DNA of 64,000 nt from Dehalococcoidia bacterium (GCA_965237775.1 OZ250155.1:5057419-5121418), one strand, 5' to 3'. Numbered from the stretch's first letter, positions 19,413 to 30,249 are shown. The notes: generated from the sequence alone by a model not told the origin. A program made the numbers and translations.

Positions 19413-19564
19413 CTAAACTAAAGCCAAGGTGAAATGTACATATCGCTGACCGCACTGTCGGTGGCCACCCTTTTGGGGCTTAAGGGTGATATGAGGTGCC
19501 GTGGAGTCCTCTCGGTCGTCTTCAAGACACCCGAAATGCACATCCCACCTTGGTATTGGTTTAG
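19413..19564. mobile_element. IS630-end MITE, core type A (152 bp)
   Basis: CTAAACTAAAGCCAAGGTGAAATGTACAT ... ATGCACATCCCACCTTGGTATTGGTTTAG inverted ends. Confidence 0.88.
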
Positions 19565-19745
19565 GTCGCTTCGGTATTTAACGCCGTCCTCGGTTAGCCC
19601 GTCGCGCCCTCTGGCGCAGTTTGTAATTGGGATGTTGTTTCGCTGACCGCCCCTTGCGTCGGGCCGTGTCTCTTTTCACAGGCTTCGCGACCGGGCGGAG
19701 TGTGGTACAAAAAAGACCCGACAGGGTGTCGGGTCCGGTTGGTGT

Positions 19746-20417
19746 CTAATCGTAGCGGTCCCCGCGGGGGCAGGTGCCGGGGACAAACGCGGAGAGTATC
19801 ATCGGTCCCCTGTACACGGACCGGCCGGCTTTTTCGTTGTAGATTTCGTAGCGCCCCAGGAAGTTTCCCTGGCCGACGTCAGGCTGGTCGTCCAGGTACT
19901 GTTCTATTAACTGCGGGGGAGGATGGGGCCATAGCCTGACGATTTCCATTCTCTCGAGCGAGACCGAAAACCGCAGGAAGCGTACGTTGCCGATGGGCAA
20001 GTGGAACCGGGAGCGCACGTTTCTGCATTTGCGGCCCAGCCGTTTGGGCGCGCCGTTCGTCAGCCAGGGCCCATTGCTTTCAACGGGCTCGTCCCACTCG
20101 ACGTACACGTTGACGGTGCGGACCCCGGGGCTGTCTATCACCTCCGTAATGTCCCAAGCTTGACCAACGTTAATTCGCTCCACTGTTCCAGGCTCCCGCA
20201 CCAGGTCCACGGCAGATGGCTTCTGTGCCTCCGTGATGGGTGGCGGTGACCGGTCCAGATACTTGGGTTGTACGGGATGGAACTCGTCCCACAGGCGCAC
20301 GGCCACCAGCTCCGCAGCCACCAGGGCCAGGAACACCAACAGCAACAGCCGCCATTTCCTGCGGAGGAAACTCCTGTAGGAGGCTGTTGTTTGTTCGTGT
20401 TGCCCAGGCATTGTCAC
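19746..20417 (-). CDS. Membrane-anchored hypothetical protein
   Basis: RRKWRLLLLVFLALVAA N-terminal anchor; 223 aa. Confidence 0.6.
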   Translation of the reverse strand: MTMPGQHEQTTASYRSFLRRKWRLLLLVFLALVAAELVAVRLWDEFHPVQPKYLDRSPPPITEAQKPSAVDLVREPGTVERINVGQAWDITEVIDSPGVRTVNVYVEWDEPVESNGPWLTNGAPKRLGRKCRNVRSRFHLPIGNVRFLRFSVSLERMEIVRLWPHPPPQLIEQYLDDQPDVGQGNFLGRYEIYNEKAGRSVYRGPMILSAFVPGTCPRGDRYD

Positions 20418-20557
20418 TGTTTCGGGAAGGATAGTAGTGAATTGAAAATCGGGGTCTGGAACTTGGTGCTAGGCTCGCGTAAAAGCATGGGAGGCTTTCG
20501 TTCGAAGAGGTACACTGGAGGGCTGCGCCGGAACCGGTGGAGCCCTCGGAACCCTAA

Positions 20558-20670
20558 GTGCGGGGCGACCTGACCATCGACTACGCCCGGCGACTGGTGA
20601 CGGTGGCGGGCTTACCGGTGCAACTCACCGCCACCGAGTATAACCTGCTGGTCGAGCTGTCGGTCCACCT
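20558..20670 (+). pseudogene. OmpR-type response regulator winged-helix fragment
   Basis: GDLTIDYARRLVTVAGLPVQLTATEYNLL is a classical Trans_reg_C start. Confidence 0.7.
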
Positions 20671-20902
20671 CAGCCTACGACCTTTCGTTTCCGGCGGTTT
20701 CCAGTTCTACTGCCCAGGAGTCCCGGAGTTCTTGGTGTTGATTGGATAACGAATAAGCTATATAAGGAAGAGGCAGCCCCAACGAAGGGCTGCCTCCGAT
20801 GAAGGCGGTTCTTGGGGAACCTACGGGCTGCCAGTTCCAGATACGTTCAATTCTACCGCCCAGGAGTACTGAAGTTTTGCGTTGCTATTGTGTCGTCCGT
20901 AT

Positions 20903-20922
20903 GAAGGTTCTTGATTTTGTCC
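20903..20922. repeat. 20-bp direct repeat, second copy at 27042-27061
   Basis: GAAGGTTCTTGATTTTGTCC at both positions, flanking the GLUG gene. Confidence 0.8.
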
Positions 20923-20991
20923 AGTTAGGAGGGGTTGACCTCACTGCATAGGTTGGCATAGGCGGTCATCATGTTCACCATCCGACTAGAT

Positions 20992-23900
20992 TCAGTTACC
21001 GGACCCATCGCCGCCCCGCCGCCGCCGGGCGCGGAGCTTCAACCCGCCTGTCATACCCAGCGGAGCGACCAATAGGAACATACTTATAGCCGCCGCGCCC
21101 ATCGGCGTATCCCCGTCCGGGTAATTGCACGCGCCGCCTGATTCCGGGGCAGGCGTGGGTCCCTGCGCCGCGATTGCGGTCGCCGTTGGCGCGGATGTGC
21201 CGGTGGAACCCACCGGCTCGGTCGTTGATGTCGGCACACGGGTAGGCATTGGTGTTGGCGGCAGTGAAGGCGTTGGCGCGGAGACGTTCGTGGGTTCCGC
21301 CGGTGCTGGCGTTGACGTCGGCACATGGGTAGGCGTTGGTGTTGGCGGCAGGACAGTCGCAGGCGAACCCGGGGGTGGAGGTGGTGTCGGGGGAGTCGCC
21401 AACCAGTTGACGGTTAGCGTGAAGCTGCCGGTCTGCCCGCTATCGTAGGTGGTTACCTCTACGGTGTAGGTCCCGGCGCCCAACGTATGCCCTATCTGGG
21501 CACTTCTTCTGGCGGAGCCGTAGTCTTCAAGGACCTCTCCTGCCCTTCCGGCGCCTTGCAGCAGATAGAGGTAGGTACCGGTGTCGCCGGATTCCAGGTC
21601 AATTATCACCTCCGAGGGTTCGGTCAGGGTGAAGGTGTAGAAGCGAGCATAGCTGCCGTACCGGCTGCCGGACGCGCAGTCGACGGACCAGGTGCCTCTG
21701 ATAACGGGCGTGGCCATGAATTCCACGCAGTTCTCGACCGTTGACGCTGTTACCAGTCTTGGCGCATCTCCACGCTGGTTTCCGAACTCCTGCCAGGTCG
21801 CCGCCCCGTCGCCGTCGAAGTCAACCTTCAGCGCCGGATACTCGCTGCTCGTGCCGAAGTCCCAATAGTCACTGAGAACGTGGTACGGGGTGTTCTCCAA
21901 GCCCTCAATTCCCAGGGAAACATCCCACTCCTGGTATGGGCTGGTGTATCCTTCAGGCGATTGAAGCTCGGCAGTGGTCTTGCCAAATATGTCTGAAGAC
22001 CGCCCCTCACCGATCTCGATCCCGATTCCAACCTGCAGGCCGGAGGTTTCCGTATCCCATAAGCTGGAGTTGATGATGCCAGGGTTGTACCCGACCAGCC
22101 CTCCGATGTAACTATGCGCCGCATCAATGCTACCGTCGCTGGACACTCTGCCAACGGCGTAGCTGTAGACAACTATACTTCCATTGCCACCAGCCAGCCC
22201 CCCAACATAATGGCCTCCGGTGACTTCGCTAGTAGAATAGCTGGCGCTAATTTGCCCATCATCAATATTCCCAATCAGGCCGCCTACATACTTCTGGCCC
22301 TTTACACTGCCGGTGGCGTAGCTGGTGGTCACCCAGCCGCTGTTATCCCCGACCAATCCGCCAACCCTGGTATCGCCGGACACGCTCCCGGTGGCGTAGC
22401 TGGCGATGATCGTGCCGCCGTTGTTGCACCCCGCCAGCCCGCCGAGGTATTTGAAGCCTCCCGAGACGCCGGCGGTGGCATAGCTGGATCTGATTACGCC
22501 AAAGGCATTGCTTCCCACCAGTCCACCGACGCATCCGTAGCCGGAGACGCTGCCGGTGGCGTAGCTGTGGCTGACCGTGCCCCGATTCGCTCCGGCCAGC
22601 GGGCCAACGAAGTCTCCGCCCGCCACACTGGCGTTCAGCAGTCCGGTTTCGCGGATAACACCGGATTCGCCAACGGTGCCGAAAAGGCCGAACCCATGAA
22701 CCGAGGAACCGTCGGCCTGGGATTTGGGGGTGATATGCAGGTTGCTGACAGCGTGTCCGTTGCCGTTGAATGTAGCGGCAAAGGGGCGCCAACCATCGCC
22801 GATGGGCGGCCACCCCTCGCCCGTCGGCCATTCCGCGCTGACCGCGCCGGAGGCGTAGCTGTCGGCGGCGGCGAAGTCCAGCGGGCGAACCAGTTCGTAG
22901 CCCTTGCAGTTGTCGTTGCAGACCGCTCCCGGAAAGGCGGCGGCGTAGGCGTCTGCGCCGGAATCGTCGTCTGCCTTGCCGTCTCCGTCCAGGTCATGGC
23001 GGATGGCGTCCAACTGCTCCAGAAACTCGATTTCAATCAGCCCGTTGCCGTCGCTGTCATACCCGGCGGCCAGGGCCGGAGAGACGGCCCAAGGCGTCAC
23101 CGTGGGAGTAGGTATTTCATGGGCCGCCGGAACCGGCGGCGGAGTGGTTTCTCCTGGTCTGCTGATGGTCAGCGTGAAGCTGCCGGACTGTCCGGCTTCG
23201 TAGGTGGTGGCCTCGATAGTATAGGTCCCGGCGGCAAACCCATCCTCTATCCTGGAGTATCTGTCCGGGGAGCCCTGACTCCTGAAAGACCTGCCTGTTG
23301 TTCCCGCCCCTTTCTGCATGTACAGATACGTGTTGGTATCGTCGGACTCCAGGGTGATGAACACCTCTGAGTCAGCATTTAGGGTGAGAACGAAGAAGCG
23401 GGCATAGCTGCCGGGGCGGTTGAAAGAGAGGCAAGCGCTGCTCCATGCTCCGGAGACAACGCCGTCGGGCGCGACCGTTTCCAGGCATCTGTCCTCTGCC
23501 GGTGGCGTAGCATGGGGCGCTGGCTCAACAGTTGGCGCCGTCCGGACCTGGCCGCCGAACTCCTGCCAGGTTGCCGTACCGTCACCGTCGAAGTCAAACT
23601 TCAGGGCCGGATACTCGCTGTTCGTGCCAAAGTCCCAGAAGTCATCCGACCCGGTCGCCGGGTCGTCATCCCCGTCGGCGTTATCTAGGTCGGCCTTCCA
23701 ACCGGCAAACATACCGGTATAGATGGTAGGCGCTTGCAACTCGGCAGTGGTCTTGCCCTCCCCGCCGGCCGAGGTTTCCTGGCCGGTGGTCTGCGTATCC
23801 CAGAAGCTGGCTGATTCCCGGATGGTCCCGCTTTCGGCCCCTATCAGACCGCCGGCCTCAACATCGCCCGACACGCTGCCGGTGGCGTAGCTGGCGACGA

Positions 23901-26685
23901 CCATGCTGTCGTGGCTCTCCCCGGCCAGCCCGCCGACACTGCTTTCCCCCGACACCGCGCCGGTGGCGTAGCTGGCGATGACTGTTCCGTAGCTATTCGA
24001 TCCGACCAGACCGCCGACCTCTACGCCGCCGGACACCCGCCCGGTCGCGTAGCCGGCGATGATTGTCCCGCCATTCCCCCCGGCCAACCCGCCGACGTTG
24101 CCATCACCCATCACCGCGCCGGTGGCATAGCTCCCTCTGATGACGCCGCTGCTTCCTCCGGCCAGTCCTCCGACGCCCTGACGGCCAGTCACGTCGCCGG
24201 TCGCATAGCTGGCGATGATCACTCCGTCAAGCCCGACGGACCCGGTAAGGCCGCCGACAATGCCATCTCCCTCGACATCACCGGTGGCGTAGCTGCCGCT
24301 GATGGTTCCCCAGTTCCCCCCGGTGAGACCGCCGAGGAAGTCGCTGCTGGCGCACGATACGTTGCCGGTGGCGTAGCTGTCACTTATGGTCCCGTAGTTC
24401 CATCCGGCCAGTCCGCCGACGTTGTTGTCGTGCTCTCCGCACGACATGCTGACGGCTGCGCCGCTGCTGATGATGACCCCTTCATTCTCACCAACCAGGC
24501 CTCCGGCACGGTTATCGTGGACCGACACGCTGCCGGTAACGTAGCTGTCGCTGATTTCGCCCATATTCCGCCCGGCCAGAGCGCCAACCTTTTCTAGCCC
24601 GGCCACACTGGCGTTGACTATGCCCGTATTACGAATGATGGCGGAATACCCGGCATAGCCGAAAAGGCCAACGGCAGGCTGCTCCTCCGATCGGGTGGTG
24701 CGATTGACGTAGAGGTTGACGAGGGCGTGCCCGTTGCCGTCGAAAATGGCGTTGAACCTGCCGCCGTAGCCGTCTTTGCCGCCGATGGGCCGCCACCCCT
24801 CGCCGGTCGTCCACTCCGTGCTGGCAGCGCCGGAGGCGTAGCTGTCGGCGGCATCGAAGTCCAGCGGGCGGGCCAGTTCGTAGCCGTTGCAGTCGTTGTT
24901 GCAGACCACCTCCTCACCGGATACGGGATAGGCGGCGGCGTATTCGGCTTTGGCCGTGGTCTCAGGTATGCCGTCGCCGTCCAGGTCGTAGCGGATGGCG
25001 TCCAATTGCTCCAGGTTCGCGACTTCGATCAGCCCGTCGCCGTCGCTGTCATACGCAACGAGGGCAGGAGGGACGGCCATAACCTGCGCGGGCGTCGGGG
25101 CCGGTGGCCGCGCATCCCTGGGCTGGCCGCCGGACTCCCACCAGTCCGTAACGCCGCGGAAACCCAGATACGCTTTCAGCGCCGGGTACTGCCCGGATGT
25201 GCCGAAGTCCCAAAAATCGTAAGGCCCGGGGCCTCCCGCATAGTCGCGGTATGTCGGCTCCTCAAAGTAAATTTCCCAATCGCGATATATCCCGGAGTAG
25301 CCCGCGGCCGCCTGCAACTTCACGGTGGTCTGCCCCGTGACGCCCGCGGCGTCCCCCCTGCCGACCCCGTTGTCAATGCCGGAGGTTTCAGTGTCCCAGA
25401 CGGCGCCCGTTACGTTGGCGTCATTGAGTCCAATCAGCCCGCCCGCGTTATCGCCGCCGGAAATCCGCCCGGTGGCATAGCTGGCGGTGATGCCGGCTTC
25501 ATCCGTATTGCGCCCGGCCAGGCCGCCGACGTTCTCATCGCCGGTCACGGCGCCGGTGGCGTAGCTGATGGTGATGTCGCCCAGGTACGTGTGATTCTCC
25601 CCGGCCAGCCCGCCGACGCCCTCATCGCCGGTCACGGCGCCGGTGGCGTAGCTGGCGATAATCTTTGCTCCGTTGTATCCGGCCAGCCCGCCGGCGGCCC
25701 TGCCGCCGGTAACGCTGCCGGTGGCGTAGCTGCCGCTGATCAGGCGGCGATTGACTCCGGCCAGCCCCCCGACGCCTCCATTGCCGGTCACGTCGGCTGA
25801 AGAGTAGCTGGCAACGACGTACCCCCGATTCTCCCGGGCCAGCCCGCCGACGTACTCATCGCCCGACACGCTGCCGGCGGCGTAGCTGTCGCTGATCCCG
25901 CCATCCTGATACCCGGCCAGGCCGCCGGCGGCCTGCCCATCAGGTCCCCGGGCGGTCACGACGCCGGTGAAGTGGCTGCCGCTGATTTCCGCGCTGTAGT
26001 CGGTCCACCCGGCCAGTCCGCCGACATAAACGGCGCCCGAGACGCTGCCCGTAACGTAACTGTCCTTGATGGCGCCGCCAGTGATGCCGGCGAGCCCGCC
26101 GACAATGGCGAGTCCGGATACATCGGCATCAACCAGACCCACGTTGCGGATGATGGAATCCGAAGCAGAACCGAAAAGGCCGGCCGGGGCAGAGTCTTCG
26201 GGGTTGTCGGGGCGGCGGTTGACGTACAGGTTGCTTATGGTGTGTCCGTTGCCGTCGAAGGTTGCGGCAAACGGATTTTCCGCAACAAGAATCCACAGTT
26301 CTCCGGATTGAATGGGCTGCCACCCCTCGCCGGTCGTCCACTCCTCGCTGACGGCGCCGGAGGCGTAGCTGTCGGCGGCATCGAAGTCCAGCGGGCGGGC
26401 CAGTTCGTAGCCGCTGCAGTTGTCGTCGCAGACCGTTCCCGGAAAGGCGGCGGCGTAGGCGTCAATGCCGGAATCGTCGTCTGCCTTGCCGTCCCCGTCC
26501 AGGTCGTAGCGGATGGCGTCCAACTGTTCCAGGTACTCGATTTCAATCAGCCCGTCGCCGTCGGTGTCATGCTCCCCGTTGGCCGACGCTCGGGAATTGG
26601 CGGAGCCGTAGCTTGCCGCCGCAATCAGCAGGGCCAGGGCCAGGGTCAGAAGCAGGGGTATGGACAGCAGCAAGGTTCTGGGCAT
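20992..26685 (-). CDS. Large surface protein with three GLUG-repeat modules, two PPC-like domains and a C-terminal anchor
   Basis: Signal peptide; three DxDG(D/N)GLIE...LEQLDAIR.DLDGDG headers; many VGGLAG.N...I..SYATG.V repeats; TYT(I/V)E.TTY..GQ.GSFTLT domains; PT linker; GGAC-TM-RRRR tail. Confidence 0.92.
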   Translation of the reverse strand: MPRTLLLSIPLLLTLALALLIAAASYGSANSRASANGEHDTDGDGLIEIEYLEQLDAIRYDLDGDGKADDDSGIDAYAAAFPGTVCDDNCSGYELARPLDFDAADSYASGAVSEEWTTGEGWQPIQSGELWILVAENPFAATFDGNGHTISNLYVNRRPDNPEDSAPAGLFGSASDSIIRNVGLVDADVSGLAIVGGLAGITGGAIKDSYVTGSVSGAVYVGGLAGWTDYSAEISGSHFTGVVTARGPDGQAAGGLAGYQDGGISDSYAAGSVSGDEYVGGLARENRGYVVASYSSADVTGNGGVGGLAGVNRRLISGSYATGSVTGGRAAGGLAGYNGAKIIASYATGAVTGDEGVGGLAGENHTYLGDITISYATGAVTGDENVGGLAGRNTDEAGITASYATGRISGGDNAGGLIGLNDANVTGAVWDTETSGIDNGVGRGDAAGVTGQTTVKLQAAAGYSGIYRDWEIYFEEPTYRDYAGGPGPYDFWDFGTSGQYPALKAYLGFRGVTDWWESGGQPRDARPPAPTPAQVMAVPPALVAYDSDGDGLIEVANLEQLDAIRYDLDGDGIPETTAKAEYAAAYPVSGEEVVCNNDCNGYELARPLDFDAADSYASGAASTEWTTGEGWRPIGGKDGYGGRFNAIFDGNGHALVNLYVNRTTRSEEQPAVGLFGYAGYSAIIRNTGIVNASVAGLEKVGALAGRNMGEISDSYVTGSVSVHDNRAGGLVGENEGVIISSGAAVSMSCGEHDNNVGGLAGWNYGTISDSYATGNVSCASSDFLGGLTGGNWGTISGSYATGDVEGDGIVGGLTGSVGLDGVIIASYATGDVTGRQGVGGLAGGSSGVIRGSYATGAVMGDGNVGGLAGGNGGTIIAGYATGRVSGGVEVGGLVGSNSYGTVIASYATGAVSGESSVGGLAGESHDSMVVASYATGSVSGDVEAGGLIGAESGTIRESASFWDTQTTGQETSAGGEGKTTAELQAPTIYTGMFAGWKADLDNADGDDDPATGSDDFWDFGTNSEYPALKFDFDGDGTATWQEFGGQVRTAPTVEPAPHATPPAEDRCLETVAPDGVVSGAWSSACLSFNRPGSYARFFVLTLNADSEVFITLESDDTNTYLYMQKGAGTTGRSFRSQGSPDRYSRIEDGFAAGTYTIEATTYEAGQSGSFTLTISRPGETTPPPVPAAHEIPTPTVTPWAVSPALAAGYDSDGNGLIEIEFLEQLDAIRHDLDGDGKADDDSGADAYAAAFPGAVCNDNCKGYELVRPLDFAAADSYASGAVSAEWPTGEGWPPIGDGWRPFAATFNGNGHAVSNLHITPKSQADGSSVHGFGLFGTVGESGVIRETGLLNASVAGGDFVGPLAGANRGTVSHSYATGSVSGYGCVGGLVGSNAFGVIRSSYATAGVSGGFKYLGGLAGCNNGGTIIASYATGSVSGDTRVGGLVGDNSGWVTTSYATGSVKGQKYVGGLIGNIDDGQISASYSTSEVTGGHYVGGLAGGNGSIVVYSYAVGRVSSDGSIDAAHSYIGGLVGYNPGIINSSLWDTETSGLQVGIGIEIGEGRSSDIFGKTTAELQSPEGYTSPYQEWDVSLGIEGLENTPYHVLSDYWDFGTSSEYPALKVDFDGDGAATWQEFGNQRGDAPRLVTASTVENCVEFMATPVIRGTWSVDCASGSRYGSYARFYTFTLTEPSEVIIDLESGDTGTYLYLLQGAGRAGEVLEDYGSARRSAQIGHTLGAGTYTVEVTTYDSGQTGSFTLTVNWLATPPTPPPPPGSPATVLPPTPTPTHVPTSTPAPAEPTNVSAPTPSLPPTPMPTRVPTSTTEPVGSTGTSAPTATAIAAQGPTPAPESGGACNYPDGDTPMGAAAISMFLLVAPLGMTGGLKLRARRRRGGDGSGN

Positions 26686-27067
26686 TCCGCAGGCTCATCT
26701 CTTCCGGCCTTGAGCCGGGATCGGGAAGGGTTGAGAGCAGGCCAAGTTTCTGCTCGCGAGGATTGTTGGATTCCGGCTTTCGCCAGCAGGGTGGTGAAGA
26801 CCCCGACACCGCCCGTCAACAGTGAACAGTCACGGCCCTGTATTGTCAACCGTCGGTAATCGTGGAATCCATCACAACGGAAAAGCCCGGAAAAAGGCCG
26901 AGGCCTTCGCCCGGTGCGGAAGGGGCCGCCGGTTCATTCTTTCCGAGGGGCCACTGAACCTGACCTTTACGGCGAGACCCCGAAGCGCCGAATAGGACAA
27001 ACCACGGGGAATCCTTACACTTCCAAAGCGAACCTGATCACGAAGGTTCTTGATTTTGTCCGGTTTG

Positions 27068-27630
27068 GTGGGCCTTCCGCTCCACTCCGCCGATGACCAC
27101 CAGGGTCTCGCCGAAATCGCACTGGGCGTGGCCCGGGGGATGGGACAACGGCACGAACATCTCCCTGGTCTGACGGCGGCGCTCTCTGACATAGACTTTG
27201 ACGATGGTGTACTGGCCGTCGAAGCCGTACTCGTCCCTGAGCCGCTCGAAGGTGCGCTTGGCGGTGTGGCGCTGTTTCCTGGGCAGCCCAAGATCATCTT
27301 CCAGTATCCGGTCTATGATGCCCGTAAATGGCTACAACTCGGGACGCCGGGGCGGGCTCTGCCGGCGGTACCCCGGGGGCATGGAGTAGGCCAGCATCTT
27401 CCGTACAGTGTCCCGGTGCAGCCCGAACACCCGGGAGGCCTCCCGGATGTTCATGCCCTCCACCATCACCGCCCTGCGGACCCGCAGATACGATTCCATC
27501 TGGTACATTCCTGGCGCCATCCATAGGCTCGACTTCGAACCTATGAATGACGGCGGTCGGTACAGTATTCAATCGCCGAAAGTCAGCAATTTATCCGCCC
27601 ACGTGGTCCAATTTACCTCCGCCGATTACA
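27068..27630 (-). mobile_element. istA: IS21-family element left end with truncated, stop-containing istA
   Basis: Minus strand begins TGTAATCGGCGGAGGTAAATTGGACCAC. ORF pieces YLRVRRAVMVEG..IREASRVFGLHRDTVRKML, KQRHTAKR and PGHAQCDFGE. Confidence 0.85.
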
Positions 27631-27983
27631 TCGTGCTCCGGGCTGTGCAAGACTGCCCTTCCGCCGCGGCTGAATTTTGCACGGTTTCGGTGCTGTGGGT
27701 CCTGGACGGCCGCCCCCGGGAGATTGCCGCAGCCGCTCCGTCGTTCCATCTGGACAGTGTACTCCCGGAGGAGCAGGCGTCCTCGGCGTTGACAATCTGG
27801 TTGAAGGCCCCGATGTCCACCATCCAGTCCTGGCGCGGCGCCACGGGGCTCTGCGACGGAGTATCTCTTGGGTGGTCAGCTTCGCGGTGTCTGGTTATGA
27901 TCGGGAGGCACGGTGCCGGGGTGAGGGTGATCGGCTTGGAGGACGGGGACGTATCTCGGGGTTGTTGAAGGGGAGTCAGCGCG

Positions 27984-30011
27984 TCATGGCGGGCTGGCCT
28001 GTCCGAAGGTATCGTCTCCCCAGCATTCGATGCTGCCATCCGCTCGCAGTCCGCAGCCGTGGTCGTCGCCGACGGTGACCGCCGTGAAGATACCCGTCGG
28101 CGGCGGGTCATTGATGCCATCGGACCCCCAGCAGCCTATGTGACCACCGTCAAACAACGCACACGAAAAGCGTTGGCCGCTGTCTACGGCCTTGAGGTCG
28201 CCGTCGGGCGTGCTGTCCGGACCGCCTCCCCACGCTACGTGGGCGTCGGTCGCCCTTTCGTCCGTCCGGCATCGGCTGGCGCCGTCGGGCTGTAACTCGC
28301 AGACCTCGATTGTGTTCATCTCCCTAGTCTCGCATAGCTCAGTGCCGTCGGGTCTCAATTGGCAGAACAGGCCGAATTCCCCTCTTGGCCCCCCTACGAT
28401 ACCTCCCCAGCACCTTATTTCCCCGTCGGGCCTGAACCCGCAGGTATGGTAGCCACCGGCGCTGATGACCTCGAACGGGCCGTCTGGCGGCGTCGCCTGG
28501 CCGAGAAAATCGCCGTCGAACCCTTGATTGCCGCCCCAGCAGACGGCGGTCTGGTCGATACGGATTCCGCAGGCGTGGAAGCCGCCCGCGCTGACGGAGG
28601 TGTATTTCCCATCCGGCGGGGTCAGCGCGTCCGAGACGGAGGCCATAAGACCCCAGCACTCCGCGCTGTTGTCAGTCCTCACCCCGCAGGAGAACAGGAA
28701 CCCCGCGCTCACCGATATGAACCGCCCTTCGGGGGGCGCCAACATAGCCTCCATCATGGCCTTTGCCTCAGGAGGCATATCATCCTCAACAAGCATACCG
28801 CCCCAGCACTCCACCGTTCCGCCCTGGCGCAGAGCGCAGGAGTGGAGGTCTCCTGCGCTGATCTGAGAGAAGGTTCCGGGAGGCGAGTCGATCAGCCCGG
28901 TGGCTTCCACCCGGCGTTCGTCCTCCCCGCTCACACCCCAGCAGACGATGCTCCCGTCCGCCCGTAGCCCGCAGCTGTGGAACAGGCCGGCGGAGACCTG
29001 GACGAACGGACTGTTGGGGTCACCGGCCGGTCTGATTTCCGGCGCGACTCCGGTCTGGCTTCCGGGCGCTGGGAGCGGCGTTGCTTTCGAGGTTTCCTGG
29101 GAAGGGGATGGCATCGGGACAGCGGTGGGTCCCCCACCTGCATCCTGCATCCCGCATCCCATGGCTGCCTCGAAGAAAGCCGCCGGAGGGCCTCCGCCGG
29201 CAGGCTGCAGCGCCGCGGCCACGCCTTCAGGATCTCCCAATGCTTCCATGACGCATTGCAGCGTCTCCCGGTCGCCCGGCGCCATGTCCAGGGCTGGGCC
29301 GGCGGCCGCCCATTCATCTTCGTCCAGGCAGGAAAGGGTCAGGAAGAAGGCGGCCATGCCGCCCGCCATGCCTGCCCCTTCATCTCCCCCCGCGGCAGAG
29401 GCGAGCATCATGGAGCGAAGGTCGAACCCGGAGAATCCGCGGCGAATGCACTCCGAGGTCTCTTCGCTCAGCGTGCCTGCCTGGCCGATGAATCCGGTCA
29501 GGAACAGCCGCATCAGGGTCTCGTCTTCCAGGCACTGAATCAACTGCTCGGCCTCATCGGGAGAGGCCAGTTCAGGAGCGCCCGCCAGGGCCATGAGCGC
29601 CTGGGGGTCCGAATTTTCCGGGACGCAGGACCGCTCTTTGTCCGGCAACCCGGCCAGGAACGCCTCCGGGTCATCCATTCTCAGGGGAGCGATCACTCCC
29701 GTGGCCGCCGCCGGTTCCGGCGTCACCTCAGGCTCGCGCGTTGGGGCCGGCCCGGGGTTTGCCGTGGGCGCCGGAGTCGGAGCCGGGCCGGGCGCAGCCA
29801 TGGTCTCAGGCGTTGGACTCGAAACGGGCGTTGCCGCAGGCTCAGACGTTGGAGTGGACGTCGGCATCGCCGTAGGCTCAGACGTTGGACTCGGGACGGG
29901 CGTTGCCACAGGCGCCGGCGTATTTGTGGGAACGGGGGTTGGCTCCGAGTTGGAACAGGCCAACAGCGCCGCCACCGTCACAAGGACCGCGAAGTGCAGT
30001 AGCTTTGACAT
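27984..30011 (-). CDS. Lipoprotein with RCC1/BLIP-II-like repeats
   Basis: LLAC lipobox, PT linker, about 7 repeats of F..(V/I)SAG..HSCG(L/I)R.DG...CWG. Confidence 0.88.
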   Translation of the reverse strand: MSKLLHFAVLVTVAALLACSNSEPTPVPTNTPAPVATPVPSPTSEPTAMPTSTPTSEPAATPVSSPTPETMAAPGPAPTPAPTANPGPAPTREPEVTPEPAAATGVIAPLRMDDPEAFLAGLPDKERSCVPENSDPQALMALAGAPELASPDEAEQLIQCLEDETLMRLFLTGFIGQAGTLSEETSECIRRGFSGFDLRSMMLASAAGGDEGAGMAGGMAAFFLTLSCLDEDEWAAAGPALDMAPGDRETLQCVMEALGDPEGVAAALQPAGGGPPAAFFEAAMGCGMQDAGGGPTAVPMPSPSQETSKATPLPAPGSQTGVAPEIRPAGDPNSPFVQVSAGLFHSCGLRADGSIVCWGVSGEDERRVEATGLIDSPPGTFSQISAGDLHSCALRQGGTVECWGGMLVEDDMPPEAKAMMEAMLAPPEGRFISVSAGFLFSCGVRTDNSAECWGLMASVSDALTPPDGKYTSVSAGGFHACGIRIDQTAVCWGGNQGFDGDFLGQATPPDGPFEVISAGGYHTCGFRPDGEIRCWGGIVGGPRGEFGLFCQLRPDGTELCETREMNTIEVCELQPDGASRCRTDERATDAHVAWGGGPDSTPDGDLKAVDSGQRFSCALFDGGHIGCWGSDGINDPPPTGIFTAVTVGDDHGCGLRADGSIECWGDDTFGQASPP

Positions 30012-30249
30012 GCGTAACCTTCTTCACCTGAAAATCCTGTCTAGTATTGTAATCCAACCGGCTTCCGGTGACGCCTCAAAAACTCATCGGGAAAGGGACA
30101 TTTCCCGGGGTCGGGTTCCCAGGCTTCACCGCCCTTGACAGGCAGGTCTGGAGGTTCGGAGTAACTGTTGAGGCCAGGTTACCTTGCTGCTTCCACAACG
30201 ACCGCGCCCCTGTTGTTGGATCTCCGGCGGCGCTGGTATGCCCCGGCTC

